DNA of 47,425 bases, from positions 1-47,425 of IMG/VR virus record IMGVR_UViG_3300020414_001816; one strand, given 5' to 3'. Below, in pieces: positions 46,111-47,425 of this stretch; the first letter of the stretch is position 1; every line of letters begins with the position of its first letter. The notes under the pieces are model-generated. The model was not told the DNA's origin, made no database searches, and saw only the letters and a list, made by a program, of their open reading frames with translations. The DNA comes from a virus. Lineage: Duplodnaviria > Caudoviricetes. Both the position numbers and the translations under genes were made by a program.

Positions 46111-47425
46111 ATGAGCGAGAAAGAGTATATTGTCACACTTAAAGCAGGTGTAGACTATGATGCATTCAATGCAGAAATGATAGCATCAACCGGTGCTGGA
46201 GATATACCAAATAGAACAGTAGACGTTGCAAACGCAAGACCACTAAGTCAAAGAAATACACACTACGCATTAACAGATGCAGAAGCAACAACACTTAGAG
46301 GTGATAGTAGAGTAGTTGATGTACAAATACCACCACAAGATAGAGAAGATATTGATATAGGACTCAATGCTTTTCAAGGAGGTGCCAATTGGAAAAAGAA
46401 TACATCAAGCGGATCGACAAATGATTTAAATTGGGGGTTGTTAAGATGTGCAAAAGGCAGCGATCTTTTTGCAGGAACAGCAACAATAACAAATCAATTC
46501 AATTATACACTTACAGGAAAAGGTGTAGACGTTGTTATTCAAGACAGTGGAGTTCAAACAGATCATCCAGAATTCACTGATAGTGCAGGAATATCAAGAA
46601 TTAGAAATATAGATTGGTATGCAGAATCAGGACTATCAGGTTCGCAAAATGCAAATCACAATAGAGATTATGACGGACACGGATCACATTGTGCAGGAAC
46701 AGTAGCTGGTAGAACACAAGGTTGGGCTAAAGACGCACACATTTACAGTGTAAAAGTTGGTGGACTAGAAGGCACAGGCGATTCAGGAACTGGTATAAGT
46801 GTTACTGATTGTTTTGATGTTATCAAAGGATGGCATAACAACAAACCAATCGATCCTAAAACTGGATTCAAACGCCCTACAGTTGTTAATGCAAGTTGGG
46901 GATACGGTGGTAACAGAAGCACTCCTCAAAGTGGTGTTTATCTAGGCAACAGCTGGAATTATTCTGATTATGGAAGCAATAGCAATAATCTTTGGGCAAA
47001 TGTAGGCGTAGTTCCAATTCTGGGTCTTAACAGAAGAATAAACGTTCGTGTTGCAAGTGTAGATACAGACTTACAAGAATGTTTAGATGCTGGTATAATT
47101 TTTTGTATAGCAGCAGGAAACAGTTATTATTACATAGATAAAGCAACAGGTCCGCATTATGACGATACCTGTAATTTTGGCAATGGACAAGAATATATTT
47201 TTAGAGGAAGTTCGCCGTTTAGTGAAAATGCATTTATGGTGGGCAACGTTGATTATACATATACTAATAGTTTAGAACAAAAAGCAGAATCAAGTTGTGC
47301 AGGTCCGGGTGTAAATATATTTGCTCCTGGCACAGAGATTATTAGTGTAGGTTCCACAGATAACGGTGGTACAAGTGCAAAATATTCTACATATGGTGGT
47401 CCAGATTCACCATTAGATAGTAATT
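46111..47425 (+). CDS. Subtilisin-like S8 serine protease, 3' truncated by window
   Basis: AAGGAG SD; GVDVVIQDSG (Asp), HGSHCAGTVAG (His), NASWG, AAGN, IFAPG; catalytic Ser beyond window. Confidence 0.9.
   Translation, partial: MSEKEYIVTLKAGVDYDAFNAEMIASTGAGDIPNRTVDVANARPLSQRNTHYALTDAEATTLRGDSRVVDVQIPPQDREDIDIGLNAFQGGANWKKNTSSGSTNDLNWGLLRCAKGSDLFAGTATITNQFNYTLTGKGVDVVIQDSGVQTDHPEFTDSAGISRIRNIDWYAESGLSGSQNANHNRDYDGHGSHCAGTVAGRTQGWAKDAHIYSVKVGGLEGTGDSGTGISVTDCFDVIKGWHNNKPIDPKTGFKRPTVVNASWGYGGNRSTPQSGVYLGNSWNYSDYGSNSNNLWANVGVVPILGLNRRINVRVASVDTDLQECLDAGIIFCIAAGNSYYYIDKATGPHYDDTCNFGNGQEYIFRGSSPFSENAFMVGNVDYTYTNSLEQKAESSCAGPGVNIFAPGTEIISVGSTDNGGTSAKYSTYGGPDSPLDSN

Noticed and set aside
1-47425. 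Stop-codon reassignment, introns/inteins, tRNAs, integrase or CRISPR arrays
   Set aside because: Core genes are intact and normal length in the standard code, intergenic gaps are very short, and no such elements were seen

Overview
This AT-rich, gene-dense window is almost entirely + strand (only phoH is on -) and comes from a large T4-like tailed phage. The host is probably a marine alphaproteobacterium, judged from the FdxA-type ferredoxin and zf-CHCC protein. In order it holds: clamp-loader end, ferredoxin, thyX and phoH; a lysis cassette (GH19 endolysin, overlapping spanins, lipoprotein NlpC/P60-like enzyme, holin candidates); DnaJ, peptide deformylase and ClpA; a cassette of probable capsid-internal proteins with T4-like targeting leaders, including a 912-aa protein with annexin-like repeats; family B DNA polymerase; sugar-nucleotide genes; the sliding clamp; a 7-deazaguanine DNA-modification locus; an MBD4-like glycosylase; RNase H-like exonuclease; a MoxR/VWA pair; a tail-fibre-like protein; and a truncated S8 protease. 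The best candidate for an undescribed system is the deazaguanine locus. It has a DpdA-like transglycosylase, an LxxxHRHxF QueD paralogue, FolE and QueE (no queC/queF in the window), interleaved with a glycosyltransferase, GalE and a phosphoribosyltransferase, which suggests a sugar-decorated deazaguanine base. The locus also carries a tiny candidate pseudoknot leader on folE and two candidate overprinted genes. CATG appears almost absent from the window. All calls are by-eye motif recognition; no searches were run.
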